A stretch of 64,000 bases of DNA, taken from NCBI GenBank assembly GCA_041576165.1, contig JBFGLM010000004.1:1-64000 (forward strand). The letters are read 5' to 3'. This document shows positions 17,244-28,300 of this stretch, piece after piece; position 1 is the stretch's first letter; the number at the start of each line of letters is the position of its first letter. Both the position numbers and the translations under genes were made by a program. The stretch is from Acidimicrobiia bacterium (lineage in GTDB: Bacteria > Actinomycetota > Acidimicrobiia > Spongiisociales > Spongiisociaceae). The notes under the pieces were generated by a model. That model searched no databases and was not told the origin of the DNA. It worked only from the letters and a program-made list of their open reading frames with translations.

Positions 17244-18047
17244 ATGTCATTGGACACGTTGTCGCCGAGCCGGGCATCGGATTTCAAGCTCTGCCCGCAG
17301 CTGTTCAAGTTCCGGGCCATCGACCGGCTGCCGGAGCCGACCACTGTCTATCAGGCTCGCGGCACGACGGCACACCTGGCGCTCGAGTGGCTGTTCGATC
17401 TGCCTCCCGATCAGCGCCGGCCCGAAGTCCTATACGACCTCTTCCGCAAGGCGTGGACGCAGCTGCGGGGCGACGAGCAGTTCGCCGAGCTGTTTGCGTC
17501 GACTGATGATGAGCGGGAGTGGGGTGTGGAGAGCATGCAAGTACTCGCCAACTACTTCGCGCTGGAAAACCCGGCCGGTGTCGTGCCGGTGGACCGGGAG
17601 CTCGACATGATGGAGGAGGTCGGACAGCTGACGATCCGGGGAATTCTCGACCGCATCGACGAAAACGGGGACGGGGAGCTGGTCATAACCGACTACAAGA
17701 CCGGCAAGGCCCCACCGGAGCGTTATGCGCTCGGTGCCTTCTTCGCCTTGAAGATATATGCGTTGCTCATCCGCAACCGAATGGGCCGTACCCCCCGCCA
17801 GCTGCGCCTCCTGTACCTCGGGAATTCGGTGATGTATCAGATCCGGGTGGACGACGCCCAACTCGATGCCATGGAGCGGCAGCTGTCAGCCTTGTGGTCC
17901 GCCATCAACCGTGCCATCGAGGAACAGCGCTTTCCCCCCCGCCCCTCCCGGCTGTGCAACTGGTGCTCGTTTCAGTCTCGCTGCCCGGCCTTCACCGCCG
18001 AGGCCCCCGGCGGCCCCGAGCAGCTGCGGCTCGCCGCTACCGGTTAG
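17244..18047 (+). CDS. RecB-family PD-(D/E)XK nuclease
   Basis: LSPSRASDFKLCP, RGILDRID...DYKTG, CNWCSFQSRCP (four Cys); real start 17244, not 16599. Confidence 0.92.
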   Translation: MSLDTLSPSRASDFKLCPQLFKFRAIDRLPEPTTVYQARGTTAHLALEWLFDLPPDQRRPEVLYDLFRKAWTQLRGDEQFAELFASTDDEREWGVESMQVLANYFALENPAGVVPVDRELDMMEEVGQLTIRGILDRIDENGDGELVITDYKTGKAPPERYALGAFFALKIYALLIRNRMGRTPRQLRLLYLGNSVMYQIRVDDAQLDAMERQLSALWSAINRAIEEQRFPPRPSRLCNWCSFQSRCPAFTAEAPGGPEQLRLAATG

Positions 18048-18071
18048 CCAGCGCGGGGTTCGTCGATCGGC

Positions 18072-19205
18072 TCAGTGCTCCACGACGAGGAGCCCGGAGC
18101 GCACCTTGGGAGCGAACCACGTCGATTTCGGGGGAAGCCAGCGACCAGCATCCGCTACGGCCATGATGTCCTCGATGGTGGGCGGCTCCAGCAGGAACCC
18201 GATCGCAAGCCGGCTGGTCTCGCGCTCGAGCATCGTCACCGGATCGCTATCCACCCGGTAGTCGATTCGATGCTCGTCATACACTCCGAGACCCGTTTGG
18301 ATGATCTCCTGGTGCACGAGCGAGACGTCGAGGCGGTCAACCTGGTCCAGCGGGCGATCCCCCACGCGCTCGAGCCGATACCACCGGCCGCCCATGCACA
18401 ATCCGACGACACCCGGTGCAGCTCGAATGTCGCGGTCGGACGGAGAGACGCGCCAGGTAGGCCCGATCCGGTCGAAGAAGTCGACGGGAGCCTGCGCGTT
18501 CACCACCCGGTGATAACCGAACACCTGCATCTCGGCGGCCGGGAAGGCAACGATCAGAATGTCTATCTCGGGTTCGCCCGCCATCGCAGCCGCCATCCTG
18601 TGGTGGCCATCGCTGATATACAGACGATCCATCTCCTGGATTGGGACCGGAAGTTCTGCATCGGCCACACGCCACACCCGGTGGGCGATTCCATCATGAC
18701 CGATGTACTCAACGACCGGCGGGCCGGTCGCGGCCGCGGCGGTGGCTTCGCCGGCGGATGCGTCGGGCCGCCACATCACCGAGATCGGGCTGGGGTTGAT
18801 CCCGGTCTCCGCATAAAATCGGGCAAGCGCCGCTACTCGCCGGTCCAGCACCCGCTCGTGTCCCAGAATCCGTCCAGCATCGGACGGCCGGATCGAGGCG
18901 ACCACACCTCGCTGGCAGTGCCCGTGATCGGACATCTCGTAGACGTAGAAAGCGGGCGGCGCCGGCGGGGTGAAGTAGTTCTCGAGCAGCCGGGCGAGCT
19001 GGGCGCGGGAGCGGCGGCCGAGTTCATCTGGATCGAGGTCGGGATCCGGCATGTCCTCCGGAGACAGAATCACCGTGAGGAAGTTGTCCGGGTGGGCTTG
19101 GGCAAATGTGAACCGTTCTTCCGGCCGCAGCGCGTCATAGGGCGGCGCCACCACGGTCTGGACGGCTTCGGGTAGCGGGAGCCGTGCCGATATCGGATGA
19201 ATCAC
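18072..19205 (-). CDS. DUF1015 family protein
   Basis: APPYD, GHE, YISDGHHR, LPPKSTWFAPKVRSGL. Confidence 0.9.
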   Translation of the reverse strand: MIHPISARLPLPEAVQTVVAPPYDALRPEERFTFAQAHPDNFLTVILSPEDMPDPDLDPDELGRRSRAQLARLLENYFTPPAPPAFYVYEMSDHGHCQRGVVASIRPSDAGRILGHERVLDRRVAALARFYAETGINPSPISVMWRPDASAGEATAAAATGPPVVEYIGHDGIAHRVWRVADAELPVPIQEMDRLYISDGHHRMAAAMAGEPEIDILIVAFPAAEMQVFGYHRVVNAQAPVDFFDRIGPTWRVSPSDRDIRAAPGVVGLCMGGRWYRLERVGDRPLDQVDRLDVSLVHQEIIQTGLGVYDEHRIDYRVDSDPVTMLERETSRLAIGFLLEPPTIEDIMAVADAGRWLPPKSTWFAPKVRSGLLVVEH

Positions 19206-20410
19206 TCGTGTCCTCTGACACTCAGGTCAACAACCTGGGGCAGTGCGCGGATCGAGTTCTGGGTATCTGTGGAAGGCACCGCCGACAGCGACAGGCGGGC
19301 CACAGCTCCAATGCCGCCGGCAAAGATACGGTTTTCCATGTCCTGCACATTGATGCCGGCCCGGCGGACCTCAGCCAGGATCGCGGAAAGTACACCGACC
19401 ACGTTGTGATGGCGGACGACCATGCTGGCCCCGGCCGACGCCTCGAGCAGATTCACCGCATTGCGAGGCCGGCCCGCATGGTGCTTGCGGAGCACCTCCA
19501 GTACGGCCGCCGCGACCGCTTCCTGCGCCTGTTCGGTCGAAGCGCCAATGTGGTGGGTGCCGTAGACACCCGGGTGCTGGGCAAACTTCGAACTGAACTG
19601 CGCGGTGCCTGAGCCCGGCTCGTTGTGGAATACGTCGACGCCCACCCGTAGCCCTCGGTTGTCTATCGCCGCCACCAGATCTGACTCGTCGGCCACCAGC
19701 TCCCCGCGTGATGTGTTGAGCAGGATTGCCCCCGCACGCAGGTGCGACAGGAGCGAAGCGTTGATCATGCCCTTCGTCGCATCCGAGAGGGGAACGTGAA
19801 ACGACAGCACGTCGGATGCGGCTGCCAGCTCCTCCAAGGAATCCACCAGCCCCATTCGCAGACGGGTCAGCAGCTCACTTGCCCGTGGGGACCGGTTCGG
19901 CCGGTCGAGCGTGACGATGTGCATCCCGAAACCAGCCACCCGCTGCGCGACCTCCTGGCCGATCGAACCCAGCCCAACCAGGCCGAAGGTGCGGCCGTAA
20001 AGGCCCCTGGCCCGGCTGAAGCGGCGCTTTTCCCAGCGTCCCTCGCGGAGCGCTGCCACGTTGTCGGGCACGCTGCGATCGATAGCCAGCAACAAGGCCA
20101 GAGTCAGCTCGGCCACTGCGATGGCGTTCTGGCCGGGGGCGTTGGACACGGTGATCGCTGCGTTGGAGGCAGCCGCGACGTCGATCGTGTTGGTGCCCGC
20201 GCCCGCCCGTACGATCAGCGCCAGCCGGTCTGCCGCTGCAATGGTCTCGGCCGTCACCCGGGTGGAACGCACGACCAGCGCGTCGTATCCGCCTATCGCA
20301 CCCGGCAAGCTGTCTTGGGTCAGATCCGCAGCCTCTGTCGCCTCCCAACCCTCATCACGGAGCGCTTCCATGAAGGACGGTGTCAGCGCATCGGCCACCA
20401 GAACTCTCAT
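19202..20410 (-). CDS. serA: D-3-phosphoglycerate dehydrogenase-like D-2-hydroxyacid dehydrogenase with ACT domain
   Basis: RAGAGTNTID, GLVGLGSIG, NTSRGE, HIGASTEQAQ, C-terminal HHNVVGVL ACT; coupled to DUF1015. Confidence 0.75.
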   Translation of the reverse strand: MRVLVADALTPSFMEALRDEGWEATEAADLTQDSLPGAIGGYDALVVRSTRVTAETIAAADRLALIVRAGAGTNTIDVAAASNAAITVSNAPGQNAIAVAELTLALLLAIDRSVPDNVAALREGRWEKRRFSRARGLYGRTFGLVGLGSIGQEVAQRVAGFGMHIVTLDRPNRSPRASELLTRLRMGLVDSLEELAAASDVLSFHVPLSDATKGMINASLLSHLRAGAILLNTSRGELVADESDLVAAIDNRGLRVGVDVFHNEPGSGTAQFSSKFAQHPGVYGTHHIGASTEQAQEAVAAAVLEVLRKHHAGRPRNAVNLLEASAGASMVVRHHNVVGVLSAILAEVRRAGINVQDMENRIFAGGIGAVARLSLSAVPSTDTQNSIRALPQVVDLSVRGHE

Positions 20411-20455
20411 GGCAGGGACGATACCGGTTGCTCATGCTCCCAACGAGCCAGCCGG

Positions 20456-22126
20456 TCACGTCCGTGGGGTTGGACGACCGCGACAGTCCAGGCCTTCACC
20501 GGGCCGGTAGGTGGCGAACACAGAATCCGCCACCACCTGGCCGTCGGGATAGACGCGCTCACGGAAGGTCTCGACCCGAGTGCAGGCGCCGAGGGAGCTC
20601 ACGGCCTGGCCGGTCTGGGCGACTGCGGTGTGCGGCGTCGAATACATCTGAACCGTGATGGACGTGTCGGTGTACGAGGTCCAGATCAGGACGTGGTACG
20701 GCGTCGTGTTGTGGATGACGAGGTCGGGCACCGGGAACGAGACGGTGGCTTCTCGACCGTACGGATAGCGGCTGATGTAGATGCTGTGGCTCTGGTATTC
20801 GGGAATGTCCAGGCCGGCAAAGAAGGCCGCGTTGAACAACGTGGTGGCGAACTGCGAGATACCGCCGCCAACGGCGTCGTCGAACCGGCCCGATTGGATG
20901 ACGCCGGCCGATACGAAACCATTGTCCCTGGTGCGCCGGCCTACGTACTCGTTGACCGAGAACACCTCGTCGGGCGCAATCACATATCCCCGAATGATGT
21001 CGGCGATCCGGTGAATATTGGTGACCCGCGTCTGACAACAGGCGTGCTCGGTCGTGAACTCGCCGACCAGATCCGTCACGCCCAGCTTGCGAGCCACCAG
21101 CAAGCTCTCGTCGTTGCTGGGCGGACGCAACGGCGCCTCGATCGGCTGCGGTGTATCACCCAGCACCACCGCCTCGAGCATCGGGACGATGGTCGAAGCG
21201 CAGCAGACCGTACGCGTGTCACGCAGGTCGGCGAACACCGGCCGGTCGTCGACCACGTCGAAGGTGGGTTCCAAGTCGCCTACCCATACGTCGGCGAACA
21301 GCGATTCGACGTACTGGAGGGCCTCCGAACCATCGAACTCCAGCTCCAGGTGCCCGCGCTCGCTGGTCGTGCTCATCCACGAATAGAGCGGCTTGGGCGG
21401 CACCCAGCGGGCGGTGTCCCCGATGGTCACGATTATTCCGGCCGCGACCCGGTTCTTGATGCCGGCCACCAGTGACTCGGCCTCACCGAAGAGGATCGGA
21501 CTGGGTATTTCCAGCCATGCGCCCCGGAGATGGGAATAGTCGCCCGTCGCAACCCCATTGGCGATCGCACCTACGATCTGCTCCACGTCCAAACCGCGCC
21601 CCGGCGCTCCCTCGACGGCGACGAGAACCTCGCCGTTGAACGTGGCCGAAGGATCGACCGGCTGGCGGTCGATTGCCAGCGGGTGGCGGGCCAGCAGCGA
21701 TCTGGCCGCATCGGCGTCGAAGGTGTGGACCACGTCTACCCGGCGGCGGTCGTCGAGATTCACAGCCCACCCATGAAACTGTTCCCACAGCGAACCCGCC
21801 CGACCCGCATCGAGGATGGCCGCCCGGGTGGCGTCACTATCGATCCCAACACCCAGCTCCCCGGCCAGGAACTCGATCGTCTGGTCGCCAAGGTCGATCG
21901 TTACCGGGCTCGACTCCACCCGCTCCGCAGATGCAGCGAGCACCCCATTGAGGTCGGCCTCGCCCATGCCGCCCACGAGACGGTCTTCCAGCGAAACGTT
22001 GCGCAACGCCGCACCGTCGTGCAGGCGCGTGTCAACCAGCCACGCCCCGACTGCCAACCCGCCGGCTATGACCAGCAGCGCGGACGTGAGCAGCGGCTTG
22101 TTCCACCAGCGTCCTACTAGCCACAC
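20456..22126 (-). CDS. VanW family protein with putative peptidoglycan-binding domains
   Basis: N-terminal TM, VGGGISQFATTLFNAAF, HSIYISRYPYGREATV; start GTG 22126 or ATG 22138. Confidence 0.9.
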   Translation of the reverse strand: MWLVGRWWNKPLLTSALLVIAGGLAVGAWLVDTRLHDGAALRNVSLEDRLVGGMGEADLNGVLAASAERVESSPVTIDLGDQTIEFLAGELGVGIDSDATRAAILDAGRAGSLWEQFHGWAVNLDDRRRVDVVHTFDADAARSLLARHPLAIDRQPVDPSATFNGEVLVAVEGAPGRGLDVEQIVGAIANGVATGDYSHLRGAWLEIPSPILFGEAESLVAGIKNRVAAGIIVTIGDTARWVPPKPLYSWMSTTSERGHLELEFDGSEALQYVESLFADVWVGDLEPTFDVVDDRPVFADLRDTRTVCCASTIVPMLEAVVLGDTPQPIEAPLRPPSNDESLLVARKLGVTDLVGEFTTEHACCQTRVTNIHRIADIIRGYVIAPDEVFSVNEYVGRRTRDNGFVSAGVIQSGRFDDAVGGGISQFATTLFNAAFFAGLDIPEYQSHSIYISRYPYGREATVSFPVPDLVIHNTTPYHVLIWTSYTDTSITVQMYSTPHTAVAQTGQAVSSLGACTRVETFRERVYPDGQVVADSVFATYRPGEGLDCRGRPTPRT

Positions 22127-22166
22127 GGCGGAAAGCATACGAAGGATGAGCCGGTACCGCGCGGAA

Positions 22167-22188
22167 TGTCACACCCGATTCGTACTGT
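22167..22188 (+). promoter_or_regulatory. PafBC/RecA-NDp-like DNA-damage promoter
   Basis: TGTCAC-N10-TACTGT upstream of the small ORF and adnAB. Confidence 0.6.
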
Positions 22189-22219
22189 GAGTGCCAGAAG
22201 CTCACTACGGAGGATCGAC

Positions 22220-22393
22220 ATGCAGATCACAGCAACGGAGCCGGTCCCACTCCGAGTCGAAGCAGCCGGCCTGGGCATTTCAGATGCCGAGGAAGCGCTC
22301 GCCGCGGCCGGGATATCGTTCATGACCCAATTCAGCGCGCCGGCGGATCGGTGCGGATGGTGTGCGAGCCGGACCGTCCCGGCGGCCGCCTGA
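22220..22393 (+). CDS. Small hypothetical protein (57 aa, CGWC motif)
   Basis: GGAGG SD, ATG 22220, stop 13 nt before adnA. Confidence 0.65.
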   Translation: MQITATEPVPLRVEAAGLGISDAEEALAAAGISFMTQFSAPADRCGWCASRTVPAAA

Positions 22394-22406
22394 CGGCGGA
22401 GCGCCC

Positions 22407-25388
22407 ATGGCCTACGCTCCCGCCGTGGTCGACTCGCACATCGAACCGGGAGCGTGGGATGCCGCCATCGCTCGCGTCGACGGCCCGCAGCTGATAGTGG
22501 CCGGTCCCGGCACCGGCAAAACGGAGTTCCTCGTCCGGCGGGCGGCCCACCTCATCGATGACCTGGGAATCGCAGCAGACCGCGTGTTGCTCCTCACGTT
22601 CTCGCGCCGGGCCGCTGCGGACCTGCGCCGCCGGGTGGAGGATCGAATCGCACGCTCGACCACCGGAATTCCTGCTTCGACCTTCCATTCGTTTGCGCTC
22701 CGTCTCCTGGAACTGCACGCCCCGGCCGTCCTCGGCTGGTCATCGTTGCCCACCATCCTGACCGGACCGGAGCAAGTGGCGCTGGTAGCGGAGCTGCTGG
22801 CCCAGGAAACGGAGCAGTCATGGCCGGCCCCGTTTCGCGCGATGCTCACCACCCGTACGTTCGCCGCCGAGGTTGCCGACTTCGTGATGCGGAGCCAGGA
22901 ACGGCTGCTCAGCGCAGAGACCCTGGCCGCGCTCGCCGCACAGCGAGCCGACTGGCGGGCCCTTCCAGACTTCGTGCGGCGGTACCACGAGCGGCTGAAA
23001 CGCGACCACCGGATCGATTACGGTACCCTCCAGGCCCAGGCAGTACGGTTGCTCGGCGATCTGACGGTGCGGGCCCAGGTCGCAGAACAGTATCGCTTCG
23101 TGCTGGTCGACGAATACCAAGACACCACAGTCGCCCAGGCCGGCCTGCTGGACGGCCTCACCGCAGTGCGCCGGAACCTCACCGTCGCCGCCGACCCCTA
23201 TCAGTCCGTGTACTCGTTCCGAGGCGCCGAACTCGACAACGTCGCCGAGTTCCCTCACCAGTTCCGGGACCCGACCGGCGCTCCTGCCCGCCGCGTGGTC
23301 CTCAGCACATCGTTTCGGGTGCCCGCTGCGATCCTCGGAGCGGCTGAGCGGCTCACAGCCGGCGAGCTCCCCGGTGGTGCCGGGCCGGTGCAGCCGGCCG
23401 CGCACCAGGGCCGCGTGGACGTCCACCTGTTCGACCAGCTGTCCCATGAGGCGGACTGGATCGCGGAAGAGGTGCAGCGCCTCCACCTAGAGGAGGGCAT
23501 CGCGCTAGACGACATGGCGGTGCTGGTACGGACCAAGCGCCGGATATTGCCCGAGCTCTCCCGTGCGTTGGAACGGCGGTCTATCGCTCACGACAAACCG
23601 GAGTCGCGCCTGGTGGATCATCCGGCCATCCGGCCGGTCTTCGATTGCGTGGCGCTGGCCATGGACGACGGCCCGATGACCGACGCGTCGGCCACTCGAC
23701 TGCTGCTCGGTCCGCTCTTCCGGGCGTCGATCGGCACGCAACGTGACCTCGATCGAATGCGGGCCCGTACGGGTGCCTCGTGGCGAGAGCTGTTCGCAGA
23801 CCATGTCGCTGGGGGACGTCCCATGGCCCTCCTGTTGCAGGATCCCGCCTGGGCGGGTGAGTGGCCGGCCGCCGACGGCTTCTGGCACCTCTGGACCTCC
23901 CTTCCCCAGTTCCCGACCATCGTGGCTGATCCCGACCTGGCCGACCATCGAACGGCCTGGACATCCTTTTCCCAAGCACTGACCCGCCTGGCCGAGCGTG
24001 ATCCCAGAATGACGCTGGCGACATATGTGCAGCTGGCAGATGCCGACGACTTCGAAGCCACCCCCATGCTTTCGTACCGGCGTCCCAACGAAAAGCGGCT
24101 CACCCTGACCACGCTCCATCAGGCCAAAGGCCTCGAGTTCGAAGTCGTGTTCATCGCCGACGCCGTGGAGGGCGTGTTTCCCGACCTCCGGCGCCGGCGT
24201 TCGATCCTGCAGACGGAACGCTTGTCGAACCAAGCGCCGGAAGGCGCCCGGCGCCGGCAGCTCCGCGAGGAGATGCGCTTGGCCTACGCCGCGATGACCC
24301 GGGCGCGGCGCCGCGTGGTGTGGACGGCGACAGAGGCCGGTCTCGACGAGGGCGAAAACCGGCCGAGTCGTTTCTTGCTGGCGGTCGCCGGCACCGACGA
24401 TCCCAGTGCCACCCGGGCGCCTGACAGATCCGGCTCTCCGGTGACGATTGCGGAAGCAGAGGCGCTCTTGCGTTCAACCCTGGCCGATCCTGCCGCGGCC
24501 ATCCCGCTCCGCCTGGCGGCGGCGGCAGTGCTGGTCGCCCGCCCACATCCGGAGTTGCGCGACCCGCGCTCGTTTGCACTCACTCGCCGTCCCGGCCCGG
24601 CCACGGGCGTAGTGCAGTTGCCGCTCCGTATGTCGCCCAGCCAGGCCGTGGCGTACGAACAGTGTCCCCGCCGCTACGTCCTGGAGCGGCGTCTCCGGAT
24701 CGGGAGCGAACCAAGCGTCTACATGGCGTTTGGGTCCCTCATCCACGCCGTGCTCGAGGCGGTGGAGCGGGTTGCGGCGGGCCGCCAGGCCCGCTCTACC
24801 CTCGCGGAGGCGCTGGCGGCGCTGGACAAGCGATTTGCCGACTACGACTTCGGGCCCGGAGCGTGGCGCGACGCCTGGTACCGGCGGGCCCAGCGATGTT
24901 TGCGCAATCTGTATGAACACTGGCCCAGACCCGAGGACCGCGCCGTGCTGCTGGAACACCGCCTGAGGCTCCAGCTGGGCGGCGTGGACTGGCACGGTAT
25001 CGCCGATCGGATCGAGACGGCGAGCGGCCAAGACGGTCTCCGGATCGTGGACTACAAGACAGCCACGCAACCTCCCCCGGCGGCGGAAGCTGCGGTGTCG
25101 CTTCAGCTTGGGTTCTACTTGCTGGCCGCTCGAGCCGACGAGGTCGTCGCCGAGTTCGGCGAACCACGAGAAGCGGAGTTCTGGTACCCGATGAAGACCT
25201 CACGGCCGGACAAGCCGATCGTGCTCGACGCGGCCCGGATCGAGGAGGTGGAGTCCCGGCTGATCGCGACTGCGGACTCCCTGGCACAGGAGGACTGGAC
25301 ACCGCGGCCGAACGAGCGTTGCGACCGGTGCCGGGTCCGGATTCTGTGTCCCGAGTGGCCCGAGGGTCGCGAGGCGTTCGTCCGATGA
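22407..25388 (+). CDS. adnA: UvrD-like helicase/RecB-like nuclease, AdnA-like subunit
   Basis: AGPGTGKT, DEYQD, TLHQAKGLEF, C-terminal DRIE...DYKT; tandem with a paralog. Confidence 0.85.
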   Translation: MAYAPAVVDSHIEPGAWDAAIARVDGPQLIVAGPGTGKTEFLVRRAAHLIDDLGIAADRVLLLTFSRRAAADLRRRVEDRIARSTTGIPASTFHSFALRLLELHAPAVLGWSSLPTILTGPEQVALVAELLAQETEQSWPAPFRAMLTTRTFAAEVADFVMRSQERLLSAETLAALAAQRADWRALPDFVRRYHERLKRDHRIDYGTLQAQAVRLLGDLTVRAQVAEQYRFVLVDEYQDTTVAQAGLLDGLTAVRRNLTVAADPYQSVYSFRGAELDNVAEFPHQFRDPTGAPARRVVLSTSFRVPAAILGAAERLTAGELPGGAGPVQPAAHQGRVDVHLFDQLSHEADWIAEEVQRLHLEEGIALDDMAVLVRTKRRILPELSRALERRSIAHDKPESRLVDHPAIRPVFDCVALAMDDGPMTDASATRLLLGPLFRASIGTQRDLDRMRARTGASWRELFADHVAGGRPMALLLQDPAWAGEWPAADGFWHLWTSLPQFPTIVADPDLADHRTAWTSFSQALTRLAERDPRMTLATYVQLADADDFEATPMLSYRRPNEKRLTLTTLHQAKGLEFEVVFIADAVEGVFPDLRRRRSILQTERLSNQAPEGARRRQLREEMRLAYAAMTRARRRVVWTATEAGLDEGENRPSRFLLAVAGTDDPSATRAPDRSGSPVTIAEAEALLRSTLADPAAAIPLRLAAAAVLVARPHPELRDPRSFALTRRPGPATGVVQLPLRMSPSQAVAYEQCPRRYVLERRLRIGSEPSVYMAFGSLIHAVLEAVERVAAGRQARSTLAEALAALDKRFADYDFGPGAWRDAWYRRAQRCLRNLYEHWPRPEDRAVLLEHRLRLQLGGVDWHGIADRIETASGQDGLRIVDYKTATQPPPAAEAAVSLQLGFYLLAARADEVVAEFGEPREAEFWYPMKTSRPDKPIVLDAARIEEVESRLIATADSLAQEDWTPRPNERCDRCRVRILCPEWPEGREAFVR

Positions 25389-28300
25389 CGTCCTTCGTTC
25401 CAACACCCGAGCAGCGCCGCGTCATCGAGTGGCCACTGGCGCCTGTGCGGGTGGCGGCGGGTGCGGGGACCGGCAAGACCACCACTCTCGCCTACCGGGT
25501 GGCAGAAATGGTCGATCGCTACGCCATCCGGCCCGACCAGGTACTGGGGATCACATTCACCAACAAGGCCGCCGGCGAGCTGGCCGCCCGCATTCGCGAG
25601 GTCCTCGGTATCCGTTTGGAACCGGGCGACGCCGTCGACGTGTTCACCTACCACGGTTTCGCCGCCCAGCTGCTGGGCGACTACGGGCTCCGGGTTGGGG
25701 TCGAACGAGGGTCGGCCGTGGTGACGCCCACCTTCGCCCGCCAGCTGCTGCTTGACGCCGTTACGGTCGCGACGTTCGAGCAAACCGACATCACCGCCCG
25801 CCGCAAGGTGATCAGCGACCTCGACAAACTGTCCTCCGATCTCGGCGACAATCTCCTCACCCCACAGGATCTGGCGGACTACATCCGGCGGTCCGCAGCC
25901 GCCGCCGGGGGGGACATTCCCCAGACAGAGCTCGAGGCAAAACGATCCGAATACGCCACGGTTCTCGGTCACTACTCCGTCCGTAAACGCAGCTTGGACG
26001 CGCTCGATTATGCCGACCTCATTCGTCTCGGCTACGAGCTCGTCCGAGATCATCCCGATACCGCCGCGGCGATCCGCGAGCAGTACCGCCTGGTGCTGCT
26101 CGACGAGTATCAGGACACCAACGCGGCCCAGCGGCGCCTGCTGCAGGCCGTATTCGGCGGAGGATTTCCGGTCACTGCCGTCGGCGATCGCGACCAGACG
26201 ATCTATGAATGGCGGGGCGCGTCCTTGGAGAACTTCGCCCGGTTCCAAGAACATTTCCCCCAGGAGGACGGAACCCCTGCCGGCAACGCAGGGCTGACGT
26301 TGAATCGGAGAAGTGGCGCACGCATTCTCGATGTGGCGAACATCGTTCGATCCCAGGTACGGGGTGAACCCGTCGATCCCCTCCGGCCCCTGGACGACGC
26401 GCCGGCGGGGACGGTGTCGGTGGCCTGGCATCGCACCTCCCGACTGGAAGCCGATGCCATTGCTGAGGAGGTGGCGCGCCTCCACCGCGAAGAAGGTGTC
26501 CCGTGGAGAGAGATGGCCGTCCTCTTCCGCAAGAACAAGGACATCAGCCTGATCAGAGATGCTCTGGAGGATCACGGCGTACCCATTCAGGTGGCCAACC
26601 TGGGCGGACTCCTCACCGTTCCCGAGGTCGTTGAGGTGCATGCCTGGCTGCGGGTGCTGGCAGATGCCGACGACACACCTGCCCTGGCCCGGCTGCTCAT
26701 GGGGAGCCGGCATCGGGTCGGGATGAGCGACATGCGCAAGTTGGCAGATTGGGTACGGGCCCAGGATGACGACCCCGCTGACGAGGATGAGGCACTCCCG
26801 CAGCACACACTGGTGGAGGCTCTGGAACACCTCGACCGAGTCGAACTCAGCGACGACGGGCGGGCCGCCGCAGTTGCATTCGTAAACATGTTCCGACGAC
26901 TGCTCGCTGCGGCCCAAGGCAGTTCGTTGGTCGAGCTGGTTCAGCACATCCTGGCCGAGACCGACGCGTGGCGGGACGTGGCCGCGATGCCGGAGACGGC
27001 CCAACTGTCCGCGCGCCTCAATCTCTACCGGTTCCTCGACCTGACGGAGAGCTGGAGCCCGTTGGAGGGACGGCCGTCGCTGCACGCCTTCCTCGCGTAT
27101 CTGGAACTCATGCAGGAAGAGGACATCGAAGAGCTCGACACAGCCCGCATCTCAGATGACGACGCCGTGACGCTCCTCACCATCCATCGGGCCAAGGGCC
27201 TCGAGTGGGATGCAGTGTTCATTCCGGCCGCGTACCGCAACAACTTTCCGAGCGGCGTGCGGCTCTACGAAGACCCATACGTCCAGGCCGCAATCCTGCC
27301 CTATGAGCTACGCCTCGATCGGGCGGACCGACCACCGATCAAGGCGGAGATGACCCAGCGCGACCGCCAGGCGCTCCTCAAGGATCGCCACGCCGACCAG
27401 GAATGGCGGCTGGCGTACGTAGCCGTCACCCGGGCTAGGCGGTATCTCTACCTGAGCGGGGCAGCGTGGACGGGCACTCCCCGGCCCAACAAGACCCCGG
27501 CCAAACCCAGTGCGTTGCTCGAGCTGGTTGCCGGCCTCCCCCACGTGTCGCGAACGGCGTGGGTGGACGATCCGGGTGAGCGTCCGGAAACGCTGCGTTA
27601 CGGGCCCATGGACGCCAGCCCGGACCCCCTTTTCCCCCAAGGTTGGGACGCAGCGTTACGGGCCGCCATTGAAGATCCCGGCACCGTTGTCACCTGCGCC
27701 GTCGAGCACAGCACGGTCGAGGCGTACCATGCCAAGGTGTCCGAATTCCAGGAGATGCTCTTCTCACTGCCGGACCCCGTGGACGACAGTCCCGAGCCGG
27801 AGCCACTCCGTGCCTCTGTGACAGGTCTAGTGACGTACGCCACCTGCCCCCGGCGTTACTACTGGGCCGAGATCGATCGACTGCCCCGCCGCGCATCACC
27901 GGCGGCCCGACGCGGCGTCGATCTGCACCGCCGGATCGAGATGCACAACCGGGGGGCAATTCCGTTCGATGATCTCGAACCAGATCTATATGACGTCGTG
28001 CCTGCCGAGAACGAAGGAGCGGAAGAAGCCGAGTCGGCGTACCAGCGGTTCAAGTCATCCCGGTTCGCCCAGTCGCAGCCTCGCTTCATCGAGGTCCCAT
28101 TCGACCTCCGTCTCAACGATGACGCCCGGATTCGCGGCCGCATCGACGCCATCTACGAGCATGGCTCCGACCATTGGGAGATCGTCGATTTCAAGAGCGG
28201 CCGGCCCTCGCACGATCCAGCAGCCGTGGTCCAGCTCCAGGCCTATGCACTGGCGGCCCGGCGAGCCGGCTTTGCACCCTACGTACCCGACCGGCTCGAT

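Noticed and set aside
16369-18047. CRISPR array with a Cas4-like nuclease
   Set aside because: No identical repeats with unique spacers and no other cas genes; the nuclease resembles the stand-alone actinobacterial RecB family
6719-22138. Vancomycin-resistance cluster (ddl, murF, D-hydroxyacid dehydrogenase, vanW, kinase)
   Set aside because: Genes are scattered, Ddl looks D-Ala-D-Ala type, there is no vanX/vanY/vanR, and the dehydrogenase is SerA-like with an ACT domain
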